In this document: piece by piece, positions 14,096-14,257 of the stretch | Layout of the letters: every line of letters starts with the position of its first letter | How positions within the stretch are numbered: the first letter of the stretch is position 1 | Source of the DNA: a bacterium | Lineage (GTDB): Bacteria; Margulisbacteria; WOR-1; O2-12-FULL-45-9; XYB2-FULL-48-7 | DNA: 14,257 bases | Direction: 5' to 3' | NCBI GenBank assembly: GCA_043812655.1 | Contig: JBDRLW010000040.1 | Coordinates: 1 to 14,257 of the forward strand | The notes under the pieces: generated by a model | What the model was told of the DNA's origin: nothing | Databases searched by the model: none | The model's input: only the letters and a program-made list of their open reading frames with translations | Translations under genes and position numbers: made by a program

Positions 14096-14257
14096 ACGTT
14101 GAACTTAATGATCACGATATCGCCGTCTTGGACGGTGTAGCTCTTCCCCTCTGTCCGCAAGAGCCCTTTTTCTTTAACTTTTGAGTAGGATCCTTCTTTC
14201 ATCATGTCTTGATATCCCGCCACATCGGCGGCGATAAAGCCTTTTTCCATATCGGAA
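14092..14257 (-). CDS. ychF: Redox-regulated ATPase YchF, C-terminal part (not in the ORF track)
   Basis: Hand translation ...SDMEKGFIAADV...KEKGLLRTEGKSYTVQDGDIVIIKFNV*, the typical YchF C-terminus; ychF-rpsF adjacency is common. Confidence 0.92.
   Translation of the reverse strand, partial: SDMEKGFIAADVAGYQDMMKEGSYSKVKEKGLLRTEGKSYTVQDGDIVIIKFNV

Overview
A gene-dense bacterial housekeeping region with no transposase, CRISPR array or recognisable RNA gene. + strand: leuC (3' part), leuD, NrdG-like radical SAM protein, YugP-like zinc metallopeptidase, miaA, an unannotated 33-aa basic ORF and a PHP-domain protein. - strand: a TRAM-less RlmD/RlmC-family m5U methyltransferase, and a long co-directional run ychF (3' part)-rpsF-ssb-ssb-rpsR-rplI-uvrC-M23 peptidase-S41 protease-PGI/PMI-NDP-sugar nucleotidyltransferase-hisD. 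The notable signals lie below gene level. (1) miaA and the NrdG-like gene carry several small palindromic or tandem-repeat elements that keep the reading frame. These include an inverted pair of 28-bp REP-like hairpins with compensatory changes, one of them interrupted by a nested 21-bp palindrome, and a 30-bp double hairpin sitting in TTT^AAA. (2) Six -10 boxes lie only 6-9 nt before an ATG, implying leaderless or near-leaderless mRNAs; two of them overlap as a bidirectional promoter. (3) One of these promoters precedes the small basic ORF missed by the ORF track. (4) UvrC, the m5U methyltransferase and L9 are trimmed, and ssb is tandemly duplicated. The taxonomy is not determinable here; an uncultured, possibly Margulisbacteria/Saganbacteria-like lineage is only an impression.
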